From contig CALXXD010000002.1 of assembly GCA_944392595.1 (NCBI GenBank), positions 65,027-129,026 on the forward strand: a stretch of DNA of 64,000 nt. The letters are read 5' to 3'. This DNA is from an uncultured Alphaproteobacteria bacterium. GTDB taxonomy: Bacteria > Pseudomonadota > Alphaproteobacteria > Rs-D84. Shown one piece after another: positions 36,971-45,361 of this stretch. The stretch's first letter is position 1, and each line of letters begins with the position of its first letter. The notes below the pieces were generated by a model that saw only the letters and a program-made list of their open reading frames with translations, was not told where the DNA came from and searched no databases. The position numbers and the translations under genes were made by a program.

Positions 36971-37407
36971 TTGTCTTGTTTTATCCACATGCCCTCAATT
37001 GTGGCTGACATACCACAAAATGCACCATCTGAATCTGGATTTTTATACTCCAGGTTCAGATTACCATTTGGCAATAATTCAAAATTAATTCCAACCGGAA
37101 CAAAATATTCTAAATCTTTGGACTTGTCATACATATATTTTTTTGAATCATATACACCATTGGCAGGCGTGTTCAACACAATCACACCGTTCGCTTCACA
37201 GATATGAAATTTACGCCATGATTGCAATTTAAAATCGCATTTACCGTTGTCGCAATTGGATATTTCCATTTTTCCGCCAAAATCACAATCTGCACTGTTC
37301 AATTGCCAAACACCACCCCAATCATGAATTGTGTCATCGACAATGGCACACCCGCCCATCACAGACAGCAATACAAAAACAAATAAACAACGCAACTTTT
37401 TCATCAC
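36967..37407 (-). CDS. Hypothetical lipoprotein
   Basis: MMKKLRCLFVFVLLSVMGGC contains a lipobox. Cys-rich. It converges on the GH108 gene and overlaps it by 4 bp. Confidence 0.55.
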   Translation of the reverse strand: MMKKLRCLFVFVLLSVMGGCAIVDDTIHDWGGVWQLNSADCDFGGKMEISNCDNGKCDFKLQSWRKFHICEANGVIVLNTPANGVYDSKKYMYDKSKDLEYFVPVGINFELLPNGNLNLEYKNPDSDGAFCGMSATIEGMWIKQDN

Positions 37408-37509
37408 TGAAATTGTACATCTTTTATATAACCACAGTCAAACGAGTTTTTTGTCCGTCCAATCAAAAACAATTTGATTTTTTGTGGGATGCGATACAAT
37501 ATTGCCGAT

Positions 37510-37854
37510 ATGAAATCTTTTAACGACCAGGTTTATGACATTGTTGCGCGAATCCCGGCGGGGCGGGTGGCGACGTATGGACAAATTGCGCGCATGATTG
37601 GGCGGCCACGTATGGCGCGATTTGTTGGATACGCATCAAACAATAAAAACAGTTGGCATCTGCCGTGGCATCGCGTGGTGTTTAAAGATGGATCGCTGTG
37701 CGGGCCCGGATTTTTCGAACAACAATACAAAGCCCTGAAATCCGAAGGCGTAAAATTCACCCGTGATAAACGCGTAAAAATGGACGAATACCAATGGAAT
37801 CCCGAACGCGATGGCGTCCCAATGGACATCCGCGATTTCCCATTAGTGTTTTAA
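37510..37854 (+). CDS. atl: Alkyltransferase-like protein (ATL; MGMT-family DNA-binding domain with Cys replaced by Trp)
   Basis: VYDIVARIPAGRVATYGQIARMIG...LPWHRVV. PWHRV replaces the PCHRV active site, as in YbaZ/Atl1. Confidence 0.8.
   Translation: MKSFNDQVYDIVARIPAGRVATYGQIARMIGRPRMARFVGYASNNKNSWHLPWHRVVFKDGSLCGPGFFEQQYKALKSEGVKFTRDKRVKMDEYQWNPERDGVPMDIRDFPLVF
37751..37854 (+). repeat. Inverted repeat, left arm (last 34 codons plus stop of atl)
   Basis: 104 bp that is 101/104 identical to the reverse complement of 45189-45292. Confidence 0.95.
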
Positions 37855-38595
37855 CTTTTTCCAAATTTCATCGGCCGGCAAATCGCGCAGTGTTAAATAC
37901 CAAGATTTTACATCTACATCTTTGCTTTTGTTCCGCATACGAATATTCATTTCGCGCTGGGTTGTTGGTGCCGGCACAACCACGGGTTCCCCGGGCTGCC
38001 AATCTGCGGGTGTGGATACACCAAATGCGTCTGTGACCTGTAACGCGGTTAATACGCGCAAGATTTCATCAAAATTACGCCCGGTTGTAAGCGGATAATA
38101 CAAAATCGTTCGTATAATACCCGCCGGGTCAATTATAAACACTGCACGTACCGCGCGGGTATCAGACGCATGCGGATGAATCATTCCGTATTTGCGCGCC
38201 ACTTCCATTTTCATATCGTCTATTATCGGGAAAGATATTTGAACGTCGCGCATCCCGCGATATTCCAAATTTCGCACAGAATCTAGCCACGCCAAATGCC
38301 CGGGCAAAGTCCCAATCGACAAACCAATTATGTCTGTATTTAATTCTTTGAATTTATCCAATATGGATTGAAATGTGATGAATTCAGTCGTACAAACGGG
38401 CGTAAAATCCGCAGGATGCGAAAACAACACCACCCATCGCCCCATATAATCAGACGGAAACCGCACAACGCCGTTCGTTGTATTTGCCACAAATTCAGGT
38501 GCCGCATCCCCGATTAAAGGCATCTGGGGCGTGTTTTTTATCGCGTTATCATCCATATTCATGGCGCATCCGCCACATTTACAATGTTCGTGCAT
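37843..38595 (-). CDS. Peroxiredoxin (Prx6/1-Cys-type AhpC/TSA family)
   Basis: FSHPADFTPVCTTE active site. The start at 38595 follows AAGGAGAA and adds a Cys-rich MHEHCKCGGCAM N-terminus. The 3' end overlaps atl by 12 bp. Confidence 0.9.
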   Translation of the reverse strand: MHEHCKCGGCAMNMDDNAIKNTPQMPLIGDAAPEFVANTTNGVVRFPSDYMGRWVVLFSHPADFTPVCTTEFITFQSILDKFKELNTDIIGLSIGTLPGHLAWLDSVRNLEYRGMRDVQISFPIIDDMKMEVARKYGMIHPHASDTRAVRAVFIIDPAGIIRTILYYPLTTGRNFDEILRVLTALQVTDAFGVSTPADWQPGEPVVVPAPTTQREMNIRMRNKSKDVDVKSWYLTLRDLPADEIWKKLKH

Positions 38596-38747
38596 AATTT
38601 TTCTCCTTTATATTTTGATATATGCAAGATTATAAATTGTCGTACCGCCGATTAACACAGGCATGTAATCATAAAAAACTTTATTCTTGATAAAATGTGA
38701 TAAGATATAAATAATATACTGGTTAAAAGCATAAAAGGAAAAAAGAA

Positions 38748-39026
38748 ATGAAGCGTTCTGATATTATACGATCCATCCAGGTCCAATTCAAACACATGCG
38801 CGCAAACGATGCGGCCGCGATATTGGATACTGTTGCGGATCAGATGATTGAATCTGTTGCAGACGGCAATCGCATCGAAGTTCGTGGTTTTGGCACGTTT
38901 CAGCCGCGCCCACGCGCAACCAAGGTTGGATACAATCCATGCACTGGCCAACCAATGCACTTGGATGCCAGTACAACAATATTATTCAAACCCAGCCGCG
39001 AATTAACCAAGGAAATGAACGAGTAA
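38748..39026 (+). CDS. ihfB: Integration host factor subunit beta
   Basis: RIEVRGFGTFQPRPRATKVGYNPCTGQPMHL...LFKPSRELT is collinear with IHF-beta/HU-family arms. Confidence 0.88.
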   Translation: MKRSDIIRSIQVQFKHMRANDAAAILDTVADQMIESVADGNRIEVRGFGTFQPRPRATKVGYNPCTGQPMHLDASTTILFKPSRELTKEMNE

Positions 39027-39030
39027 AAAA

Positions 39031-40773
39031 ATGTTATTTGGTAAAAAATCAGGTATAAAAAATCGCAACCGCGAACGTTACGAACGCATACGCCGCCTGA
39101 TGTGGATAAAGTGCGAATCATGCGGTCATTTGGTTTATTACAAAGATTATAAAACCAATCATTATATCTGCCCACGTTGCGGGCGCGCATTTATCATGAC
39201 ACCGAAACAGCGGTTTGATTTGCTGTTCGATAATATTGAATGGGAGCGTATCAAGTTACCAACTGCATCGGACGACCCATTGCACTTTGTCGATCGTAAA
39301 TCTTATCGTGATCGTTTGGCCGAATCACGCGCAGAAACTGGATATAACGACGCAATCACCACGGCCGACGGCACAATTGACGGCATTCCGACAACAGTGT
39401 GCGTGTTAAACGGAGATTTTATGTTGGGATCTATGGGACGTACGGCCGGCGACAGCATCGTGGCCAGTATGGAACACGCCATCGAAACGCGCCGTCCTTT
39501 CATTATGGTGACATGCAGTGGCGGCGCCCGTATGCAGGAAAATATATTATCGTTAATGCAAATGGCGCGCACAGTCGTGGCGGTTAATAAACTGCACGCA
39601 AATGGAATACCGTACATAGTCCTGCTGACTGATCCAACATTTGGCGGTGTAACGGCATCATTTGCGATGCTGGGCGATATTCATATCGCAGAACGTGGTG
39701 CGCGCATCGGTTTTGCAGGCCGCCGTGTTATCGAACAAAATATCCGCGAAAAATTGCCGTCTAATTTCCAGACTGCGGAATACCTGTACGACCATGGTAT
39801 GGTGGATATGGTGGTTGCGCGCGATGAATTGCATAATACTTTGGGTAAAATATTACGTGTATTAACAAAGCAACCACATACCCCGGGCGCAATTAACGTA
39901 AAAACACCGGTCCAGGATAATAAAAAAGTCCGCGGAATGGGCGAGACAGACGCGTACGACAAAGTATTACTGGCACGTAACGAAAACCGGCCGCACTTCT
40001 TGGACTATATTAACGGCATAGTCGAAGATTGGACATACTTGGCGGGCGACAGATTATTTGGCGAAGACCCGGCCATGTGTGGCGGCATTGGGTATTGGCG
40101 CGACATTCCGGCCGTTATTATCGGTCAAGAAAAGGGTCGCACAATTGAAACACGTCAATTGCATCGCTTTGGTATGCCCAACCCCGAAGGTTACCGCAAA
40201 GCTCAGCGTCTAATGCGTTTGGCCGAAAAATTTAATCTGCCACTGGTATCGTTGTTTGACACAGCTGGCGCATTCGCGGGCAGTGCCGCCGAAGAACGCG
40301 GCCAGTCCCAGGCCATTGCGGCATCGATTTCAACCGGTCTGTCCATCAAAACACCATACGTCGCCGTCAATGTGGGCGAGGGCGGCAGCGGCGGCGCAAT
40401 CGCAATTGGCACAGGCGACCGAGTATTGATGCTGGAAAACACGATTTATTCGGTGATTGCGCCTGAATCCTGCGCCAGTATTTTATGGAAAGACAATAAA
40501 TACAAAGCCACCGCGGCCGCAGCCATGAAATTGACTGCGCGCGATATGGCCGATTTGAACGTCATCGACAAGATTGTTGATGAACCGTCGGGCGGTGCGC
40601 ACACCGATTGGCAAACCACAATGGAAATGTTGGCAACGGCTGTATCTGACCAGATTACAGAATTGCAAAAAATCCCAGCGGATGAATTGCCCGCACGCCG
40701 TGCTGAAAAGTTTTTGGCCATGACCCGCGACGTAGAATTCTGCGCCCCGGAACACGACACCGAAGACAAGTAA
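39031..40773 (+). CDS. accDA: Acetyl-CoA carboxylase carboxyltransferase, fused beta (AccD) and alpha (AccA) subunits
   Basis: The N-terminal half has the AccD zinc ribbon (CESCGH...CPRCG) and the CT-beta core. From about residue 310 an AccA-like half follows (ARNENRPHFLDYI...LAGDRLFGEDPAMCGGIG...GQEKGR...GGSGGA). It is one 580-aa ORF. Confidence 0.88.
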   Translation: MLFGKKSGIKNRNRERYERIRRLMWIKCESCGHLVYYKDYKTNHYICPRCGRAFIMTPKQRFDLLFDNIEWERIKLPTASDDPLHFVDRKSYRDRLAESRAETGYNDAITTADGTIDGIPTTVCVLNGDFMLGSMGRTAGDSIVASMEHAIETRRPFIMVTCSGGARMQENILSLMQMARTVVAVNKLHANGIPYIVLLTDPTFGGVTASFAMLGDIHIAERGARIGFAGRRVIEQNIREKLPSNFQTAEYLYDHGMVDMVVARDELHNTLGKILRVLTKQPHTPGAINVKTPVQDNKKVRGMGETDAYDKVLLARNENRPHFLDYINGIVEDWTYLAGDRLFGEDPAMCGGIGYWRDIPAVIIGQEKGRTIETRQLHRFGMPNPEGYRKAQRLMRLAEKFNLPLVSLFDTAGAFAGSAAEERGQSQAIAASISTGLSIKTPYVAVNVGEGGSGGAIAIGTGDRVLMLENTIYSVIAPESCASILWKDNKYKATAAAAMKLTARDMADLNVIDKIVDEPSGGAHTDWQTTMEMLATAVSDQITELQKIPADELPARRAEKFLAMTRDVEFCAPEHDTEDK

Positions 40774-40775
40774 AA

Positions 40776-40798
40776 ACGGGGTGAATACCCCGTTTTTT
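40776..40798 (+). terminator. accDA terminator
   Basis: ACGGGG-TGAATA-CCCCGT followed by T6. Confidence 0.8.
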
Positions 40799-40837
40799 AT
40801 AGAATCAAAATACAATTTATGATAAAATGCAGTCAAG

Positions 40838-41770
40838 ATGATGTGGCGGGGATTTATTGCTTTTTCAACATTGTTGTTATGTGGCACCGCAAATGCGGAT
40901 GTACTGCCGTTATATGACGCACTGCGTGCAACATATACCGCATGCGTCGGTATCGATGATGAATTGGCGGATCTTAAAACAATGGCGGGGATAAACACCG
41001 CGGTCACGGGCGTCGGCACGGCCGCAGGCGTTGGTGCAACCGTCACTGGATTTGTAAAGGCCGAAAAAGATAAACAAATCGAAGTCACTTTATCCAAATT
41101 ACGCGAATTGGAACAACAAAATAATCTTTCCATATCAACCGCATCAGAATATGAAACATGGGTGGTCGATTTTGAAACATTAAGCACAGATAACGCCATT
41201 TTAACCCAGATTCAAAATGCGGTTAATGAACGAAATAAATTATTAACCCAATCTATTAAATTGGGAAATTGGCGCACGGGGTTATTGGCTGCGAACACGG
41301 CGACCAATGTCGCGGGTGCTGCGATTGCGGGCACAAACCGCGTTGATGCCGATTTACAAACACAAATTGACAATTGCATAACCGCCGTCACGAATTTACA
41401 AAATTCTATTGCCCAGGCGCGCATTGACGGCCAAGACGTGACCGAGGCTGAACAAATCGCAACCACATGCAACGAATACAAATACGTCGATATAACGCCG
41501 ATAAATAACCGCGGTCGTAATTCTATGATTTCATCGATTGTTGGTGCTGCGACTGGATTGGCGGGTACAGTTACCAGTGCGGTTGCAAACACCGAAAAAA
41601 CGCGCAGTGGTGACGAACAACGTGAAAAGAATCTGAACACGGCATCAAATGTTTTGTCAATTGGTGCAACAACATCATCGGCCGTGGCGACTGTATTTAA
41701 CGCCACTCAAATTGCGGCAATTAAAAAAGTTGCCGACGTTGCGTCCGCCTGCACAGGGGTATTGCGTTGA
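40838..41770 (+). CDS. Secreted hypothetical protein with four Gly/Ala/Thr-rich glycine-zipper-like hydrophobic segments
   Basis: Signal peptide MMWRGFIAFSTLLLCGTANA. Segments GINTAVTGVGTAAGVGATVTGFV, LLAANTATNVAGAAIAGT, ISSIVGAATGLAGTVTSAVA and VLSIGATTSSAVATVF. The stop codon overlaps the start of the next ORF (TTGA). Confidence 0.6.
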   Translation: MMWRGFIAFSTLLLCGTANADVLPLYDALRATYTACVGIDDELADLKTMAGINTAVTGVGTAAGVGATVTGFVKAEKDKQIEVTLSKLRELEQQNNLSISTASEYETWVVDFETLSTDNAILTQIQNAVNERNKLLTQSIKLGNWRTGLLAANTATNVAGAAIAGTNRVDADLQTQIDNCITAVTNLQNSIAQARIDGQDVTEAEQIATTCNEYKYVDITPINNRGRNSMISSIVGAATGLAGTVTSAVANTEKTRSGDEQREKNLNTASNVLSIGATTSSAVATVFNATQIAAIKKVADVASACTGVLR

Positions 41771-44700
41771 AACGTATATTGTTTTGTGTTTTATTATCAT
41801 TTGTGACATATTCTGCACGTGCGGAAAGTTGGATGTTGTTTTCCGCGGCCGCGGTTGAAGATTCCATTAACACCATGGTTGAACCAGAATATCGCGCGGC
41901 CACTGCGGACGAATATGAAAAACAAATGGATTCAACAAACGGCAAAATAACCGCAAGTGGCATTTTAAGTGTCTGCGCAACTGCTGGTTGGGCAATCAAC
42001 ACGGACGAAGGCTTTTATTTCTGTCGCGGTTTTGTCGACAACATTGCGGAATTATCGGGTGTGTCATCAAACGCCGCAAAACAATGCAAGCAAATGAACG
42101 GTATCCGTACTGTATTGGACGATGGTTCAAATCAATGTATTGGTCGCGATGGGACTGTGTTGGTGTATTCAAACGCGTGCCGTGGCGGCGATGGTGAATG
42201 TGTGGAATTTTTCGCAGACCTGCGAACCCAAGTTCCCAACGCTTTGGAATTTATATACGAATACGGTAAATCGAATAATTTGAAATTCACATGCTCGAAC
42301 GAGATTGTCGATATCCACAAAATCGGCAGTGATTATATAAAATGCAGCGCTAATAAAACCGCATACGAATTCAAATTTGATACATTGAATCAGTCATATA
42401 ACCGGCGTATGGTTGATTCTGAAAACGCGGCATTGTGCAAAATGTTTGGCGGCACGGTTGCGGGCACTGATGATTATTGGACAATGTGTGATATGGAACG
42501 CGCCAAGTGCGACAAATTGGCGACATTTGCCCCAACAATTGGTCACAGTGCAATGTACCAGGGTTCATGCCGCATATCGCGCACTGTAAATACGCGTGAT
42601 AATATATTTTTGAATCACATTGACGGCGTGGATAGTTATGTATTTTATGATGTAAAAATACGTTCTGGGGTCGCGAAACCGATGCTGGAACAGTATTTAA
42701 CATCCATATTCCCAGATGAAGAATACATAACATGTGATTCTGATATAGTTGAATTAAACGATCCAACATCATTGGGCACGAATTGGATAATGCAATGCAC
42801 CGTCGGCACCCAACAGGTTGATTTTATATTCGATGAATTGGCAACCCAATCCGACGCACAAACTATGACGGGCATGGACATAATGCAGTGTATTATAAAC
42901 GGCGGCACATTTAACGGCGAAACTTGTCGTGGATTAACGGCAACAGAATGTGATGCATTGGATGCGAAATTGCGTGCGTCTGGTTCGGAAAATGGCGCAT
43001 ATTATGACGACGACATGCGTGCATGTGTATTGGGTAACGCAATGGCGACGTATCAGCGCAATGTTGTCGCGGGCTACGTGATTGGCGCGGTGGTTATTGT
43101 TGGTGGCACGGTATTAACAATTGCCAGTGGCGGCGCTGCTGCACCAGTTGTAATAAACGGGGTTGCTATGTTGGCCGGGGATTTGGCAATAAATTATACC
43201 ATTGACGCCAATCACCGCAGATTAAGCGAAAAAGCCGCTAAGAAGTTTGTAGATTTTGTGACGGACGCGAACGCATGTACAACGGAACAGTGCGCACTGG
43301 ATGTATTGGAAAAACACTATGCGACACTGTCGGGCGTTATGAGTGACTTGAACACAGACGACCGTGCAGTTGTTGATGAAACAATGGACAGGTTAATAGG
43401 CTTAATTCAAACAGAGTTTGTGGCATGTGGAAAAAATGACGCTGGACAAACGGTATATGCCAGCCCGGCCGATTGCGCAATGCAGCAATCAAAATTAACA
43501 TTGCTGGATCACATTGATCCGATTTCAGAAGTCGCCCTGATAATCGGCAGTGTTATATATGACCCCGGTTACGTAGTCGCACGATTTACACGATTGAAAA
43601 ATGTTACAAAAACCATAACTCAAACTGTAAATACACTGGATGCATTGACATCGCAAATGACCCGCGGCATAGATAACGCATTGCAAACGTTGGATGATAT
43701 AAATGATGCCAGAATAGCACTGCAAAACCAAGCCGAAACGGTTAAGCAATTATTGGTTAATAATGTTGATTTAATCAAAAACGCATCGACAATAGAAGAA
43801 GCACAAAGATATGCCGATAATGCGACCCAATTGGCATTTGCACTGCAAAATCGTGCTGACGATGCGACATCAGCGGTATCTGCGTTGTTGCGCGAAAATC
43901 CCGCCAATGAATTAACGGCGGAATCATTGCGTTCTGCACAACAATACGCAGATGAAATCTCGGCCATCGCACGACAGTCCCAAGAAATCGCTGACGAATC
44001 AACGCGCGCGCTGGATGCGAAACGCCTGCAACTGAATGCGTCCAAAAGAAGCGATATGGATGCGGCTTTGGCCCATGCGGATGCGCGCCGTACTAATACA
44101 AGCGAATATATCACGGAACCTGTTATGTATTTCAGGGCCATACAGCAGACAGATAAAAGCCCCGAAGAAATCGTACAAATATTAAACAATGCCGGTATTC
44201 GTGCATCAACAGATGTTTCTGACCAATCTGCATGGGTTATTAACAGGTCGTCCGTATCTGGCTCTTACGAATTGGTGTCGCCGTTTATGGCACCAGAAAC
44301 CGCAACGCAACAATTTGATATTGTAAATGATATATTGCGTCAAAACAGTATCCGAACAAGCGGTGCGGTTACGCCAACAACCATATCGCAAATTGATCCA
44401 ACGGTTGTAACTGGCACATCCCGGGACCAGGCTATGATAAATATCAGAAATTATTTTGATAATAATCCAACTTTATACGAGCAAACAGGATTAACACCCA
44501 AATCAACCAATGATGAATTGCTGGGCGCGTTAATAGAAAACATCCGACATAATAACCAATTTACTGCCGCAGAATATATAAGATCCGATTATGCGGGACA
44601 AGATGTTTTATATCGCGGACAAAAATTTTCAACGTCTGATCCGGGTTCTGCGTATGCAAATATGTCGCCAAAGGCTGGCACCACGGGCAACGCATTGGGA

Positions 44701-45192
44701 ACTACTGATCATGTCTATGCTGTATCTTATGCTGGCACTGGTGCAATCAGCAATGGCGGCGCTGGACTGTCCGCCGAGCATATTGGCGTACAAGAAGTCG
44801 GTAATCGTCGTGTGGGATTTCTTAATGTATATAAAAACAGTGACAAAAATGTTTTTTATAATAACGCAATAATAGAAGATTTAAGTGACGATATTTTGAA
44901 AAATCCTTTGTCTTCATCTGGTGCTTCAAATATCCCTGAAACGCTTATAACACCACAGGATAATCCAGTAATAGACAGATATATTGTGGTAAATGATGGG
45001 TATTTTAAATTGGAAAACGACAATGAAATTGATAGATTGGTTATGGATGCATTTGCGCCGGATTTAAGCAAAACATATAATGCCGATATGATACGAAGAA
45101 TCGAAAATGTTGAAAGCGGTATGACGAACGGCGTGCCTCAAACATATAATTTGCCAGAAAATGTAATAAACAGTGTATCCCCGGGGAATTAA
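41767..45192 (+). CDS. Large (1,141 aa) secreted/membrane hypothetical protein
   Basis: TTG start with signal peptide MKRILFCVLLSFVTYSARA. It has a Cys-rich N-terminal ~400 aa, a Gly-zipper TM region (VVAGYVIGAVVIVGGTVLTIASGGAAAPVVINGVAMLAGDLAI), a coiled-coil middle and a C-terminal domain I do not recognise. Confidence 0.65.
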   Translation: MKRILFCVLLSFVTYSARAESWMLFSAAAVEDSINTMVEPEYRAATADEYEKQMDSTNGKITASGILSVCATAGWAINTDEGFYFCRGFVDNIAELSGVSSNAAKQCKQMNGIRTVLDDGSNQCIGRDGTVLVYSNACRGGDGECVEFFADLRTQVPNALEFIYEYGKSNNLKFTCSNEIVDIHKIGSDYIKCSANKTAYEFKFDTLNQSYNRRMVDSENAALCKMFGGTVAGTDDYWTMCDMERAKCDKLATFAPTIGHSAMYQGSCRISRTVNTRDNIFLNHIDGVDSYVFYDVKIRSGVAKPMLEQYLTSIFPDEEYITCDSDIVELNDPTSLGTNWIMQCTVGTQQVDFIFDELATQSDAQTMTGMDIMQCIINGGTFNGETCRGLTATECDALDAKLRASGSENGAYYDDDMRACVLGNAMATYQRNVVAGYVIGAVVIVGGTVLTIASGGAAAPVVINGVAMLAGDLAINYTIDANHRRLSEKAAKKFVDFVTDANACTTEQCALDVLEKHYATLSGVMSDLNTDDRAVVDETMDRLIGLIQTEFVACGKNDAGQTVYASPADCAMQQSKLTLLDHIDPISEVALIIGSVIYDPGYVVARFTRLKNVTKTITQTVNTLDALTSQMTRGIDNALQTLDDINDARIALQNQAETVKQLLVNNVDLIKNASTIEEAQRYADNATQLAFALQNRADDATSAVSALLRENPANELTAESLRSAQQYADEISAIARQSQEIADESTRALDAKRLQLNASKRSDMDAALAHADARRTNTSEYITEPVMYFRAIQQTDKSPEEIVQILNNAGIRASTDVSDQSAWVINRSSVSGSYELVSPFMAPETATQQFDIVNDILRQNSIRTSGAVTPTTISQIDPTVVTGTSRDQAMINIRNYFDNNPTLYEQTGLTPKSTNDELLGALIENIRHNNQFTAAEYIRSDYAGQDVLYRGQKFSTSDPGSAYANMSPKAGTTGNALGTTDHVYAVSYAGTGAISNGGAGLSAEHIGVQEVGNRRVGFLNVYKNSDKNVFYNNAIIEDLSDDILKNPLSSSGASNIPETLITPQDNPVIDRYIVVNDGYFKLENDNEIDRLVMDAFAPDLSKTYNADMIRRIENVESGMTNGVPQTYNLPENVINSVSPGN

Positions 45193-45292
45193 AACACCAA
45201 TGGGAAATCGCGGATGTCCATTGGGACGCCATCGCGTTCGGGATTCCATTGGAATTCGTCCATCTTTACGCGTTTATCACGGGTGAATTTTA
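45189..45292 (-). repeat. Inverted repeat, right arm (orphan copy of the atl 3' end)
   Basis: The reverse complement encodes KFTRDKRVKMDEFQWNPERDGVPMDIRDFPLVF*, with one Y-to-F change and two silent changes relative to atl. Its TTAA end supplies the stop codon of the 1,141-aa ORF. Confidence 0.95.
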
Positions 45293-45317
45293 TTCGGTGC
45301 TTTGTATTTCCAGACGT

Positions 45318-45349
45318 GCCCTGCAAAATGATTACAGGGCGCGGTTTTT
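45318..45349 (+). terminator. Terminator of the 310/1,141-aa gene pair
   Basis: GCCCTG, an 11-nt loop, CAGGGC, then GCGGTTTTT. Confidence 0.55.
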
Positions 45350-45361
45350 ATTATAAAAATA

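Noticed and set aside
40483-41199. 238-aa minus-strand ORF spanning the accDA 3' end, its terminator and the 5' end of the 310-aa gene
   Set aside because: It crosses a clear rho-independent terminator and two well-supported plus-strand genes. It has no motif.
44590-45192. ADP-ribosyltransferase-like R-S-E motif in the C-terminus of the 1,141-aa protein (LYRG...FSTSD)
   Set aside because: The Arg and STS-like motifs are only ~5 residues apart instead of the ~35-50 residues seen in C3/VIP2-type ARTs. No convincing ExE/QxE follows at the right distance.
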